A model generated the notes under the pieces. The model saw only the letters and a program-made list of their open reading frames with translations. It was not told where the DNA came from and searched no databases. Shown here in pieces: positions 26,576 to 35,501 of a stretch of DNA of 38,697 bases; the first letter of the stretch is position 1; each line of letters begins with the position of its first letter. Both the position numbers and the translations under genes were made by a program. Source of the stretch: a virus (Duplodnaviria; Caudoviricetes); IMG/VR virus record IMGVR_UViG_3300026975_000005, positions 1 to 38,697 of that record. One strand, written 5' to 3'.

Positions 26576-27166
26576 TTAGCCGCTCAACCCCTCCTCCACG
26601 AATTGCTTAACGTCGCGTGTCTGCGCGGTTTCCTGCCCGCCGTTTCGCATGTACTCCATGCCGAGTTGCCGCAGGTACCCGGCGCTGGACGCCAGTGGCA
26701 AAGAATATCCTTTTTTGAGGGACATATGCGAATCGACCTCCTTGACGCTTTGCAGCCATTGATGGGCATACGGCAGGCCCGCGCCAAAACCCAGCTCGTG
26801 GAATTTTGCGTCACCCTTAAAGCGCAGGAGCTGGGCATAGAGCTTGCGCACGGTCTCGCGGTCGGCGACGATCTGTTCGGCGCTGGCCTTTTGCACGGCA
26901 GGCTGCGGCGCGGATGCGGGGCGCGCCTTTTCGGCCTGTTTGCCCTCTTCCTTGAGCTGCGCGATATACACATCCGCGTCGTCCTTTGGAGCGACGGCGG
27001 GCAGCGCAAAAATGCCAAGCACGAACAACGCCGCATACAGGCCGAACGCCTTGGGCCGGGTGCGTTTTTCCGGGGCCAGAAACGGCAGCACCAGTGCCGG
27101 TTTAATCAGGCCGAGGACGGCGGCGGCAAGGACGAGGACGAGCAGCAGGGACAAAAAAACAACCAT
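26576..27166 (-). CDS. membrane-anchored hypothetical protein
   Basis: SD AAGGAGG, ATG 27166; two N-terminal hydrophobic segments (GLIKP motif) followed by a soluble domain. Confidence 0.75.
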   Translation of the reverse strand: MVVFLSLLLVLVLAAAVLGLIKPALVLPFLAPEKRTRPKAFGLYAALFVLGIFALPAVAPKDDADVYIAQLKEEGKQAEKARPASAPQPAVQKASAEQIVADRETVRKLYAQLLRFKGDAKFHELGFGAGLPYAHQWLQSVKEVDSHMSLKKGYSLPLASSAGYLRQLGMEYMRNGGQETAQTRDVKQFVEEGLSG

Positions 27167-27176
27167 AGAATCCTCC

Positions 27177-27611
27177 TTACATATCAATACGATTCATCTC
27201 GTTTTTTACGCTCTCTACCGTAACGCGGAACGGTTTGTCTATATGAGCAATAAGTTTGCCCTCCGCCGCCATGGCGTACACTTTGCGGGGGCTGACGCAG
27301 AGGCAGTAAGCGGCTTCGTCCGCCCGTAAAAAGGGCTTGGACGCCAACATTTCCGCCGGGGTGATGGCAAACGGGCCGTGCTGGATTGCCGTCCCCTCGG
27401 GCAGCATGATCTGAAAGCCCTGCGGGGTTTTCGGGATGCAGCGCTCGCGGCAGCCAAAACAATAGAGGATCGGCCATTTGCAGATCCAAAACGCCCTTTT
27501 GGGGTCCTTGCATCCCAGCTCGTCATACACGTCCGGCAGGATCTCGCCCTGATACGGGCGGAACCCTTTGCCGTACAGGTCCGCAAACTCCTTTAAATGC
27601 CGTGCCGTCAT
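27177..27611 (-). CDS. Cys-rich protein with C-terminal excisionase/MerR-like HTH (candidate late activator in the Mor/C position)
   Basis: SD GGAGGT, ATG 27611; LRADEAAYCLCVSPRKVY.MAAEGKL; CFGCRERC. Confidence 0.7.
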   Translation of the reverse strand: MTARHLKEFADLYGKGFRPYQGEILPDVYDELGCKDPKRAFWICKWPILYCFGCRERCIPKTPQGFQIMLPEGTAIQHGPFAITPAEMLASKPFLRADEAAYCLCVSPRKVYAMAAEGKLIAHIDKPFRVTVESVKNEMNRIDM

Positions 27612-27628
27612 AGCCACCTCCGTGACAG

Positions 27629-27931
27629 TCAACTTGAGATGATCTCCAAAACCGCTTGCGCCTGGGCGCGGAACAGGTCGTCGCACCGATCGCATTTCCC
27701 GGTGACGCTGCACCGGGCGCAGGCCGTAGCCTTGATTGTCGCCATTATGCGCTGCTCGCGGCCCGCCCCGTTCAGCGCGTCTTGTATGCGTTGAATTTGC
27801 CGTTCAACATTGCCGCCGTACTGCCCTGCCAGTATTTGGTAAACAGTGGAGCGGCTGAGGGCCGAATGCAGGCGGCAAAACTTATGCACCGACCCAAACC
27901 GCGACATGATCTCACTGCGCAGGCTGTGCAT
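27629..27931 (-). CDS. HTH protein with C-terminal Cys cluster
   Basis: FGSVHKFC...LSRSTVYQIL.G; CARC...CDRC. Confidence 0.7.
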   Translation of the reverse strand: MHSLRSEIMSRFGSVHKFCRLHSALSRSTVYQILAGQYGGNVERQIQRIQDALNGAGREQRIMATIKATACARCSVTGKCDRCDDLFRAQAQAVLEIISS

Positions 27932-28397
27932 CGTCGGGGTCTATCCCTTTCTTGTGGCACCGCCCGATCAAGTCCTTGGCAAGCGTCTGTAACTGGCTTT
28001 GATCATTGAGCCATACGAATTTATCAACGCCGAACTGCGAAGCGCACCGGGTGTCGAGACCGGACATTTTCCAGTCCAGCGCGTGCCACATGGTAGCGAT
28101 CCATCGCTTCTGCCGTTCGTAGGGAGTGCCTTTCGGGATTTCGTAATAGTCTTCCCGTGGCGTTTTGGCCCGCTTGCCTTTGTTGGTGAACTCCGCGCCT
28201 TTGATTTCAAGGTAGTTGGCGAAGTCTGCCAACTCAGGCATGGTCAACTTGCCCGCCGAAGTTTTGCCATATTGCTTTTTCAGGATGGTCCGATACGTAT
28301 CGTCGTCCATTCCCGGCAGTTGCTTTTTCGCTATGTGGACTTTAGCCAGCAGGCTGTTTCGCCAACTTGTGTTTTTGCGTTTTGACATTGCGTTCAC
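27912..28397 (-). CDS. gemA: Mu GemA (gp16) family regulator
   Basis: LAKVHIAKKQL...DDDTYR.IL...YGK.SA..LT..EL, I..MW..L. Confidence 0.9.
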   Translation of the reverse strand: MNAMSKRKNTSWRNSLLAKVHIAKKQLPGMDDDTYRTILKKQYGKTSAGKLTMPELADFANYLEIKGAEFTNKGKRAKTPREDYYEIPKGTPYERQKRWIATMWHALDWKMSGLDTRCASQFGVDKFVWLNDQSQLQTLAKDLIGRCHKKGIDPDDAQPAQ

Positions 28398-28414
28398 TCC
28401 TCATTTGGGCTTGA

Positions 28415-28597
28415 TCAACACCGCTCACGCAGATTGCAGATTTTGCAGCGCCGGTAATTGTGATGAGAGTCGTGTCCATCGGGAGCAAAGTCGTGTTTGC
28501 AAATCTCTTGCAGGCTCTTTATTGCCTGCTCCCTGAGTTCCGCTTCGCCCTTGTGGTATTGGGCTTCGTCTATGAATCTTTTTATGACGTCTTTCAT
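28415..28597 (-). CDS. 60-aa Cys/His-rich protein, paralogue 2
   Basis: MKDVIKR...CKHDF...HDSHHNYRRCKIC...ERC; ATG 28597. Confidence 0.75.
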   Translation of the reverse strand: MKDVIKRFIDEAQYHKGEAELREQAIKSLQEICKHDFAPDGHDSHHNYRRCKICNLRERC

Positions 28598-28623
28598 TTG
28601 GTCGCCTTTTGCTGAGTTCAGCG

Positions 28624-28806
28624 CTAGCAGCGCTCGTTCTTCCCACAAATCTTACACTCCCGATAGTTGTGGTGGGAGTCGTGGCTGGCTGGCCTCCATT
28701 CGTGTTCACACACGGCTTGCAGTCCTTCGATGGCCTTCTGCCGCTTCCCGGCCTCGTCACGGTGAAACTTGGCCTCTGTTCGCAGTTTTTTGATAATATC
28801 TTCCAT
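28624..28806 (-). CDS. 60-aa Cys/His-rich protein, paralogue 1
   Basis: MEDIIKK...CEHEW...HDSHHNYRECKIC...ERC; SD GAGGT. Confidence 0.75.
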   Translation of the reverse strand: MEDIIKKLRTEAKFHRDEAGKRQKAIEGLQAVCEHEWRPASHDSHHNYRECKICGKNERC

Positions 28807-28827
28807 GTGTCACCTCTTTGCGGATTC

Positions 28828-29700
28828 TCAGCGATTTACGTTTTCCAGCTCTATGCATTTTGCCTGGAGCCGAGCCGTATTAATTGCGGTTGCCCGAAGA
28901 TCGGGATGCAGGTTGGTTAAATTCATTTGGTTCAACAATCCATGTTCCGCGCACGAAACCAGAACAAGATTGTCCAGAGCGCAATTCGTCTTGTCGCCGT
29001 CAATAAAACGGACATACTTCCCATCAGGCACTGGGCCGTATGCATCTTCCCAGACGACGATGTGCTTGTACCGATAGCTTCGCTTCGTCTTCATGTTGTG
29101 GGCAGGAGCATCTGTTTTGACAGTGATGTATCCAGTTGCACGGCAAAGAGTTTCATCGCCAACCTGGAGTTTTCTTCTCCTGTATCTCCTGATCCCATAT
29201 GTCTTAATGATGTTGACGATGGCCCAATACTTCTTGTCCGTTTTGAACTCTGCGTTGAAGGCAACTTGGAGTTCGGGAACCGTCATCGTCTTATAGTTGT
29301 CACGCAAAAAGGCTATCTGCTCTGCGGTGTAAAAGCTTTTTGCTCCGCGCTTTCGGGAGTTCTTTCTCGGACCGAAATGGAGCAATATGTGGCGTATTGA
29401 GGGCAGCGATCTTTGAGGCGTAAACTTCTCATTAAAGGCGGCAGTCAGCTCCTTGGCTGTCATGTTGGGGTATTCTTGCTTCAAAAATGCGATCTGCTCT
29501 TTAGTGTACTGGACGATCTTGCGGCCTCGTCCTGACTTAAATCCGTAATTGGCCAGCGTTGACTTTATCTGCTGGTCAGTTTGATTCCTTCCGAACTGCT
29601 GGTTAAAAGCGACCACCAGATCAGTCACACTCATGCGCTTGTACCCGTCTCGCAAGAACTCCAGTTCTTCATCGCTATAGCGTCTCCATCTCGCGTTCAT
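28828..29700 (-). CDS. HNH endonuclease with three N-terminal helical repeats
   Basis: H..VWE..YGPVP.G..V.F.DGDKTNC.LDNL.LVS..EH; three Y(T/S).E...FL...Y..M...(D/E)L..AFN..F repeats. Confidence 0.85.
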   Translation of the reverse strand: MNARWRRYSDEELEFLRDGYKRMSVTDLVVAFNQQFGRNQTDQQIKSTLANYGFKSGRGRKIVQYTKEQIAFLKQEYPNMTAKELTAAFNEKFTPQRSLPSIRHILLHFGPRKNSRKRGAKSFYTAEQIAFLRDNYKTMTVPELQVAFNAEFKTDKKYWAIVNIIKTYGIRRYRRRKLQVGDETLCRATGYITVKTDAPAHNMKTKRSYRYKHIVVWEDAYGPVPDGKYVRFIDGDKTNCALDNLVLVSCAEHGLLNQMNLTNLHPDLRATAINTARLQAKCIELENVNR

Positions 29701-29704
29701 GGGC

Positions 29705-29944
29705 TTACTCTCCACCCGTCAGCATGTGCGGCACCGGCCCGACACCAAGCTGATCGCGCTCTATTGCGACCTTTGTCCTCAACACCAGATTGGCGTTGCT
29801 GATGATCTCTTTGGCGAGAGATGCGACGGCCCTTGATCGTTCAATCTCTGACGCCAGAGCATCACCTTCCAGGCCTTCTTCATTAAGACGTTCCATAGCG
29901 ACGAACAGGTGGTCATTAAGGTGAGTGAGCTTGTTCTTACTCAT
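29705..29944 (-). CDS. conserved phage protein upstream of the HNH gene
   Basis: KNKL..LNDHLF..MERL......EIERS.AV...A..II.NA.L.L. Confidence 0.75.
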   Translation of the reverse strand: MSKNKLTHLNDHLFVAMERLNEEGLEGDALASEIERSRAVASLAKEIISNANLVLRTKVAIERDQLGVGPVPHMLTGGE

Positions 29945-30443
29945 TGTAGCCCTCCAGGCATTCTTTAGGTTCGATCGAGCATTCCGCGAGAGATTCCGTG
30001 CGCGGCTTGATTGTTGTCACAGGCACGATCTTGCGGGAGTATGCGAGGATCACGACCCAATCTCCGTTTTGGTCACGGTGGGGTGGTGCGCCAATTATTT
30101 CGGCTTCGGGCAGCATGCCGCCGTCGCGGTACCAGACCTTGGCCCCTTGCGGCAGATATAGGTTGACCCACACAGTGCCTTCTGGGGCAGTACCGGCCTC
30201 GACTCCGAAGGCCTCGGCAATTCGGTTGGCAAGTACTTGACCCAACTCGGCGGGACTGAGGAAGCTCCGGCGCTCATTGGGGCGGGAGTAAAAGGTGTCA
30301 CCGATCTGCAATCGGAAATTGTCATGCTTTCCCCCGTAGTTGCACCAGCTTTCCCGATGATCACCGGGAAAAACGGAAAGCAGGGGCCACGCTTTTTTCC
30401 CTTTGCTGGCCGGGATTCTCATTGGCGCTTTTTCACTCGGCAT
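29937..30443 (-). CDS. hypothetical protein
   Basis: SD AAGGAG; fills the operon between the ribozyme and the next gene. Confidence 0.7.
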   Translation of the reverse strand: MPSEKAPMRIPASKGKKAWPLLSVFPGDHRESWCNYGGKHDNFRLQIGDTFYSRPNERRSFLSPAELGQVLANRIAEAFGVEAGTAPEGTVWVNLYLPQGAKVWYRDGGMLPEAEIIGAPPHRDQNGDWVVILAYSRKIVPVTTIKPRTESLAECSIEPKECLEGYNE

Positions 30444-30465
30444 GTTTTCTCCTTCGTTACTGACG

Positions 30466-30529
30466 GCGGCTGCTCATCAGGCAGGGGCCACCACGCCCCC
30501 ACGACTGCCCCTGGCCGGGGCAGTTTCGC
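30466..30529 (-). ncRNA. type II hammerhead ribozyme
   Basis: GC-GAAA-CUGCCCC-ggcca-GGGGCAG-UC^-GUGGGGGC-guggug-GCCCCUGC-CUGAUGA-GC-a-GCCGC: complete catalytic core, stem III, 8-bp stem I, 2-bp stem II and a loop I/3' tail pseudoknot. Confidence 0.9.
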
Positions 30530-30802
30530 TTAGTTTACCCAGTCCTTCAGTTCGGAGCCGGGCTTGAACTTGACCACGTTCTTGGCCGGGATAGCGACGT
30601 CAGCGCCGGTGCGTGGATTGCGGCCAGTACGAGCGGCCCGCTGTTCGACCTTGAAGGTTCCGAAGCCACGCAGGGTTACCTTATTGCCGTTGGAAAGGGC
30701 TTCCTTGATGTTTCCGAGGAAGGCTTCCAGGGCGCGTTCGGCATGCGCTTTGGAAAGGTCGACTTCCTCAGCCACTTTGGTGATCAATTCACATTTGGTC
30801 AT
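30530..30802 (-). CDS. hup: HU family DNA-binding protein
   Basis: MTK.ELI..VA, V.LRGFGTF....RAARTGRNPRTG....IPA..V.KFKPG..LK..VN. Confidence 0.95.
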   Translation of the reverse strand: MTKCELITKVAEEVDLSKAHAERALEAFLGNIKEALSNGNKVTLRGFGTFKVEQRAARTGRNPRTGADVAIPAKNVVKFKPGSELKDWVN

Positions 30803-30832
30803 GGGTATCTCCTGTTTGTTAAAAGGGTTCGG

Positions 30833-31225
30833 TTATACGACCAGTCCGTGTTCTTCTTTCCATTCACGCACGGCATCGTCAGCAGTTCGGGTGCAAGCGC
30901 GATAAAGCCACAGGCAGATGGTCAGCGCCAGTACGGAACGTTTTTCGACAAGTGTGATGGATACAATCGAAAAAGGTATGTATTCAGGGTAGGTGCGAGC
31001 GATAAAAATACGAATGCCTGTACGTAAGCGATTGTCCAAAGGCCTGTGAGTCGCCAGCGTTTCTGTTAAGGATTCTTCCTCGCAATGCCTCCAAACATAG
31101 ACGTCATAGGTATACCGCATGCACCCCAGCCATCCGCTGATGGTTTCGTGGAATCCGGGCCAAAAGGAGTTGAGGCCACCGGCGAGGGCTGAGACGGTGA
31201 GTATGTATAAAATCCACTCTTTCAT
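30833..31225 (-). CDS. hypothetical protein with N-terminal hydrophobic segment
   Basis: SD GAGG before ATG 31225; fills the gap between the DUF3164 and HU genes. Confidence 0.5.
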   Translation of the reverse strand: MKEWILYILTVSALAGGLNSFWPGFHETISGWLGCMRYTYDVYVWRHCEEESLTETLATHRPLDNRLRTGIRIFIARTYPEYIPFSIVSITLVEKRSVLALTICLWLYRACTRTADDAVREWKEEHGLVV

Positions 31226-31235
31226 GGTGTGCCTC

Positions 31236-31850
31236 TTATGCTGCCGCAATGTTGAGCGGCAGGGCCTTGTATTCGCCGTTCACGCCCCGTTCGTAGACGC
31301 GGACATATTCCTTGCTGTCGATGACCCGGATGCTGTCCTTGATCGCCTTCATGGCCTTGCGCCAGCGGTCATCGTTGATTTCCAGGCGGAGCAGATCGAG
31401 AACGCGGTAAACGCTTATTTTCCCCTCTGCATCCGCCTGGAAGGCCTTTTCGACGATGGTCCGTAGGTTCGGATTAGCGTCATGCGTCCACTCGGCCATG
31501 CACTCGTTTATGAGCACCTCGGCGGCGACCAGCTCTTCGCCGAACTTGATGCGGTCTTGGATGTTGATGGTGATCTTGATGGAACCGTCGAACGAATAGA
31601 GAACGCGGTTTCCCTTCTTGCCGCGCAGCTTGACGCCGTACTGTTCAACCACGAGGGCCAAATGGGTGCGTATGTCATCCAAGGCGGCCTGCTTGAACTC
31701 AATCAGGGCGGCGTTGATCCCCTTGGCCTTACCGTGCAATTCCCGGATAACGGCGTCCGCGAGCTTGTCGGATTCACGGACGTTTTCAGGAGCAACGAGG
31801 TTGCCCTTTGCGTCCTTCCAGAATCCGTTATGTGTGGCTGTGGTTTCCAT
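31236..31850 (-). CDS. DUF3164 family protein
   Basis: G.WKDAKG.LV, G.KGN..LYSFDG, AF..D.EG.I, D.RW..AM.AI.DS, SK.YVR.YER. Confidence 0.9.
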   Translation of the reverse strand: METTATHNGFWKDAKGNLVAPENVRESDKLADAVIRELHGKAKGINAALIEFKQAALDDIRTHLALVVEQYGVKLRGKKGNRVLYSFDGSIKITINIQDRIKFGEELVAAEVLINECMAEWTHDANPNLRTIVEKAFQADAEGKISVYRVLDLLRLEINDDRWRKAMKAIKDSIRVIDSKEYVRVYERGVNGEYKALPLNIAAA

Positions 31851-31858
31851 GGTCTCTC

Positions 31859-32065
31859 CTAGTTGATTGCAACTGTTTCAAGCCCGTTGACGCGCATAGC
31901 CTCAGCGGCCACATCCGACGCTATTGTGTTGGCCTCAATGCGCAGGTCACCGGGGAGCTTATCGGCCAGTTCGCGGATGCGGGCCGCGCAGTCCATCACC
32001 TTGCCGCTTATCGCGCCATCGGGATTCCAGTCGGCGTTATGGTTGGTACGTTCGATCTCGCTCAT
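31859..32065 (-). CDS. hypothetical protein
   Basis: 68 aa, start overlaps the upstream stop, SD AGGAGG. Confidence 0.6.
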   Translation of the reverse strand: MSEIERTNHNADWNPDGAISGKVMDCAARIRELADKLPGDLRIEANTIASDVAAEAMRVNGLETVAIN

Positions 32066-32682
32066 TTGGAGCCTCCTTTCTCTGTTTGGGTGTCAAAACG
32101 CTTCAGGATGGATTCGCACTCCTTGACCACGGTCTTACGGGCCGAATCGGAGTACAAGTCCTTCTCGAAAAATACGCGGGCAAGCCGGGACATGGCCGCT
32201 CGTTCGTTAGCAAAGGGATCACGGGGGGCAACGGGAGGATACGGCGTTTCACGCTGTTCCCGGCCCTTGGGAGTAGTGGAATAGAGGATGTTCAGCCCTT
32301 TTTTGCCATTGCGCCGGACAAGCTCAATGGACAGCAAATGTTTGAGGTACTTGCTGACTGAGGACATATCCACATGTGACACGGCGGCGATTTCAGCGAT
32401 GCCGAAAGTGCCGATAGAAGCCCTGACAGCTCGCCACATGCGGATATAGCCTTCGCCGCGTCGCTGGGGGGCCTTGGGGTTGTATGTATAGTGGCCGGGC
32501 TTAATCCGGGTCAGTTCATTCTGACGGGTCATGCCGTCGAGTTGGCGGCGCACGCGGACCTTCTCCGGCTCGGTTTCCAGGGCCAACGCCTGGAAGATGA
32601 GGGCATTGTTGACTTCCTTTTTTCCGCCTTCACTCAGGCCGATCACAACGCCGCGCAGCTTGTCCATGTCGGGAGACAGCAT
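32062..32682 (-). CDS. winged-helix DNA-binding protein downstream of MuB
   Basis: RMWRAVR...F...EIA......SSV.KYLK.L. Confidence 0.7.
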   Translation of the reverse strand: MLSPDMDKLRGVVIGLSEGGKKEVNNALIFQALALETEPEKVRVRRQLDGMTRQNELTRIKPGHYTYNPKAPQRRGEGYIRMWRAVRASIGTFGIAEIAAVSHVDMSSVSKYLKHLLSIELVRRNGKKGLNILYSTTPKGREQRETPYPPVAPRDPFANERAAMSRLARVFFEKDLYSDSARKTVVKECESILKRFDTQTEKGGSK

Positions 32683-32684
32683 AG

Positions 32685-33377
32685 TTAGGCCCTCCCGATC
32701 CGCAGGGCCTCAAGCGCCTTGACGTCTATGGTGTTGGTGTTTTGCGCCCTGGCGTAATCCTCAAGGTGCAGCACGAAGCCATACACCACGCGGAAACTGC
32801 CTTTTGCCCATTGCGCCAGCTTGTGGCAGGCCTCCGGTGTAATTTCCAGGGCAGCGGCCTGTATGGCGAACAGCATCACGTCGTCGGCTTTGATGGGATC
32901 GAAATTCACCACATCGACCACGCGGGAATGCACACGCCTGCGGGCGTGGAGTTTCGGGTAAAAACCTTCCTCTCCTATCAGGATCACTGGGCAACCGGTC
33001 ATGTCGTGGACGTCCCGCAAATCTTCAATCCGGGACATGAGGAGGCGGTCAGCCTCGTCAACGATGATGGGTTGCGGCGTTTCGGCCAGGGCGTCCATGA
33101 TGCGGTTTCGGCAACGGTTGGTGTTGCTGGGGCGTTCGCCGGTGATTTCGTAGGTCAAGGCCTGTAAAAAGCTGAACTGGCTCCAACCTTCAAGTACGCG
33201 GAGGAAAATGCCACCGTTCATCGTATGCCATTCTTTGGCTGCCATGGTCTTGCCGCGTCCCGGCTCGCCTTGGACAACGCCGATGCCGGGCCGTCCACGT
33301 TCCGTGTCGCTCAGGGCGTTCAGGGATTTGCGCAGCTTTGCCACGTTGCCTGTTTCGATAAAGATATCTCGCCGCAT
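32685..33377 (-). CDS. MuB-like AAA+ transposition ATPase
   Basis: Walker A GEPGRGKT, Walker B IIVDEAD, LRD.HD, LIGE. Confidence 0.92.
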   Translation of the reverse strand: MRRDIFIETGNVAKLRKSLNALSDTERGRPGIGVVQGEPGRGKTMAAKEWHTMNGGIFLRVLEGWSQFSFLQALTYEITGERPSNTNRCRNRIMDALAETPQPIIVDEADRLLMSRIEDLRDVHDMTGCPVILIGEEGFYPKLHARRRVHSRVVDVVNFDPIKADDVMLFAIQAAALEITPEACHKLAQWAKGSFRVVYGFVLHLEDYARAQNTNTIDVKALEALRIGRA

Positions 33378-33380
33378 GCT

Positions 33381-35477
33381 TTACCTCGCTATGGTCTGTT
33401 GCTGGTAGAATTGCCTCAATTGTTCAAAACGTGCGCCTGTGGCGGTCTCGTATTCGTTGGACGCCTCGTAGGAACGCATGAAATGTTCGTATTCGCCAGG
33501 AAGCTGGTGGCCGTTTTTGACGGCCTGCTCAAAGCACCACTCGTATTTTTCCAACTCGGAGGTGAAAAAATCCGGGATGGTCAAGGTGGCCGTGGGGAGT
33601 GTCTGGACCTTGGCCCGAAGAGCTTCAAGGCGTTCCCTTTCCGCGTCATCAATGACTGGTTCCGACTCGATTGCCTTGGGCTTGGGGACGGCCTTGAGGG
33701 GAACGCTTTCTTTTTTCATCCAGGGCAGTGATTGGAGGCCACTCTCGCCGACTTCAGCATCGAGGGCCTTCACGATCTTCATGGTGGCGGACTTGAGCTG
33801 GCGCTGACGCTTGTTGGCTTCCTGCACCTTAATCAGGTCCAGTTCATTGCCGAACATGCGGGCGAGCGGATTGAGAGCTTCCATGGGACGAGCCGTGCCG
33901 ATTCGTTCGCCGTCAAGGGTATGCAAGTACACCTCGGACATATCGGACCACCGGTACATCGCCATAAGCGGCTTGTTCAGACCGTACAGCGCATCGGATT
34001 CGAAACGGACGTTGCCGATCACAAATCCGCACCGCTTGGGATGGATTTTTTGCCGGAAGAGAAAATGCCGGTCCAATTCGGTGAGGTCCACGCCGTCACC
34101 CAAACCGCCATGGAGTACATCCAGGGGACGCTGACCACCGAGTTCATCGTGAGCCTGTTGGCCGTACCACCAGACATACAACCGAAAGATTTCGGATGCC
34201 TCGCGTAAAGTGGGAATCCAGTCGTTATGCACCGTCTCGTGATACTTCTCGTTTCGTTTCATCCAGGCGGGCTTATTGTCTATGCAGTTGCCCACATAGC
34301 TCGGCAGCAGGCGTTCGCACTGCGAATCAAAGGTGCGGAAAAATCGTTCGACGATCTTGGTCCGGGCCTCATAGGGACGGCTGTACTGAACGGCTATTCC
34401 AAGACGGGCATAGAGTCCGTTAAACTCTTCAAAGTCAGCGTCAACGTTGCTGAAATATTTGGCGCGAAAGGCCTTGCCGTTGTCGATGTAGACACAACGC
34501 GGGTACTCGGCGAGGGTGCCTATTGCCATGTGCAGCGCGGAGCTGATGGCAATGGTGTTTTCCGAGGGCATAATCTCCCACCCCACAGGCATGCGGGAGC
34601 GCCAATCGTACCAGCAAATAAGCGTTGGGCGGAACGGTTTGCCCGTGGTCGGGTGGATGCACTGGAAGTTAAGAACCTTACCGTCGCAAAAGAGGATGTC
34701 CCCAACAGAAAGGAGCTTGTCATTCCGAATGTTATACGGCCCTACCTTGTCTTTTAAGGCCTTTTCCCCTTCCTGCTTGAGGACTACCAAATCGTGATGA
34801 TCTTCATCGAACCGTCGGGCGAAGCGGACCACGGAACGGTAGCTCGGAATTTTTTGTCCCTGCCGGGAGAAAATGCCTTTCATGGTCTCATAGGCCAGGG
34901 CTATGCTCGGTTTGTTGCCGTTGAGCCAGCAGCCGAGAAACACTTTTTCAACTTCCAGCCCAAGCTGACCAAGCCCTTTCTTGCCGCCCTTTGACCATTT
35001 GCCGCGCCTATCGCATAAAATACGATAATCCTCGTCGTTGTCGCGCAGCTTTTTGTCCCACCGGTACAGCGTCTTGTCCGACACGTCGCCGAGGATTTCA
35101 TGCTCTTTGGTAAGCATTTGTCCCGCGTTGATCGCCAGCACAAACGCTTTAGTGGCGCGGCCTTTCGTGGACTTGCTGTTCTCGACGAACATCCGCCACT
35201 CGCTGATCAATCTGAAGCGGGCCATGCCCACTTTGTGCGCCCAGTCGGGAATCAACACGCTGTCTGCGGGAAGAGCTGGAGTATTGGTGTTCGCTTCGTA
35301 CAGAGTGATAGCGGCACGGACGTCTTCCGGGAGTCCGGAGACGAGCCACTTCTTGCCGCCGCCGCGTCCCTTACGGGCTTTAAATGACCAGCCTTCACGC
35401 TTGGAACGAATTTGTATGCTTCTATCTGTCACGCCAAGAACAGGAGCCAATTCTTTTGAAGTATATGCGTCTTTCAT
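33381..35477 (-). CDS. MuA-like DDE transposase
   Basis: N-terminal Mu DNA-binding domain (REGW...RKGRGGG...LPE); catalytic D (FCDG), D (YIDNGKAF), E (KIVERFF). Confidence 0.95.
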   Translation of the reverse strand: MKDAYTSKELAPVLGVTDRSIQIRSKREGWSFKARKGRGGGKKWLVSGLPEDVRAAITLYEANTNTPALPADSVLIPDWAHKVGMARFRLISEWRMFVENSKSTKGRATKAFVLAINAGQMLTKEHEILGDVSDKTLYRWDKKLRDNDEDYRILCDRRGKWSKGGKKGLGQLGLEVEKVFLGCWLNGNKPSIALAYETMKGIFSRQGQKIPSYRSVVRFARRFDEDHHDLVVLKQEGEKALKDKVGPYNIRNDKLLSVGDILFCDGKVLNFQCIHPTTGKPFRPTLICWYDWRSRMPVGWEIMPSENTIAISSALHMAIGTLAEYPRCVYIDNGKAFRAKYFSNVDADFEEFNGLYARLGIAVQYSRPYEARTKIVERFFRTFDSQCERLLPSYVGNCIDNKPAWMKRNEKYHETVHNDWIPTLREASEIFRLYVWWYGQQAHDELGGQRPLDVLHGGLGDGVDLTELDRHFLFRQKIHPKRCGFVIGNVRFESDALYGLNKPLMAMYRWSDMSEVYLHTLDGERIGTARPMEALNPLARMFGNELDLIKVQEANKRQRQLKSATMKIVKALDAEVGESGLQSLPWMKKESVPLKAVPKPKAIESEPVIDDAERERLEALRAKVQTLPTATLTIPDFFTSELEKYEWCFEQAVKNGHQLPGEYEHFMRSYEASNEYETATGARFEQLRQFYQQQTIAR

Positions 35478-35501
35478 GCTGTGTACCTAGCCGTTCGGTT
35501 C

